Assembly: GCA_965213685.1 (NCBI GenBank)
Contig: CBDBZY010000007.1
Coordinates: 288,001 to 352,000 of the forward strand
Direction: 5' to 3'
Source of the DNA: a bacterium
Lineage (GTDB): Bacteria; UBA8248
DNA length: 64,000 nucleotides
Positions 58,603 to 64,000 of the stretch are shown here, piece by piece. Both the position numbers and the translations under genes were made by a program. The number at the start of each line of letters is the position of its first letter. Position 1 is the stretch's first letter. Under the pieces are notes generated by a model. The model was not told the origin of the DNA, ran no database searches, and saw nothing but the letters and a program-made list of their open reading frames with translations.

Positions 58603-64000
<5,398 letters not shown>

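Overview
Gene-dense, intron-rich eukaryotic DNA. It is most likely an early-branching animal such as a demosponge, inferred from intronless TRIM-NHL paralogs, a ROCO-death gene, an LMTK-like receptor, short microsatellite-filled introns and tiny intergenic gaps. Genes reconstructed by hand from splice signals: PWP2 (-, partial) with two intronless TRIM-NHL genes nested on the same strand in one intron; NUDCD3 (-); NDUFAB1 (+); FAM227-like (-); PGS1 (+); an L-domain receptor with an LMTK/AATK-like, probably catalytically impaired kinase (+); DNAI2 (-); RPS2 (+); DUF1295 (-); a membrane-anchored JmjC oxygenase (+); an orphan gene and a FAM167/LURAP-like gene (+); a PDZ-pseudoRoc-COR-Death gene (-); and GET4 (+, partial). 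Five gene pairs are head-to-head. There is also a family of TAG..CTA hairpin MITEs with 9-bp target duplications, other palindromes, tandem duplications and many microsatellites. Most short ORFs in the supplied track are repeat artefacts. All family assignments come from recalled motifs, not database searches, and some exon borders are approximate.
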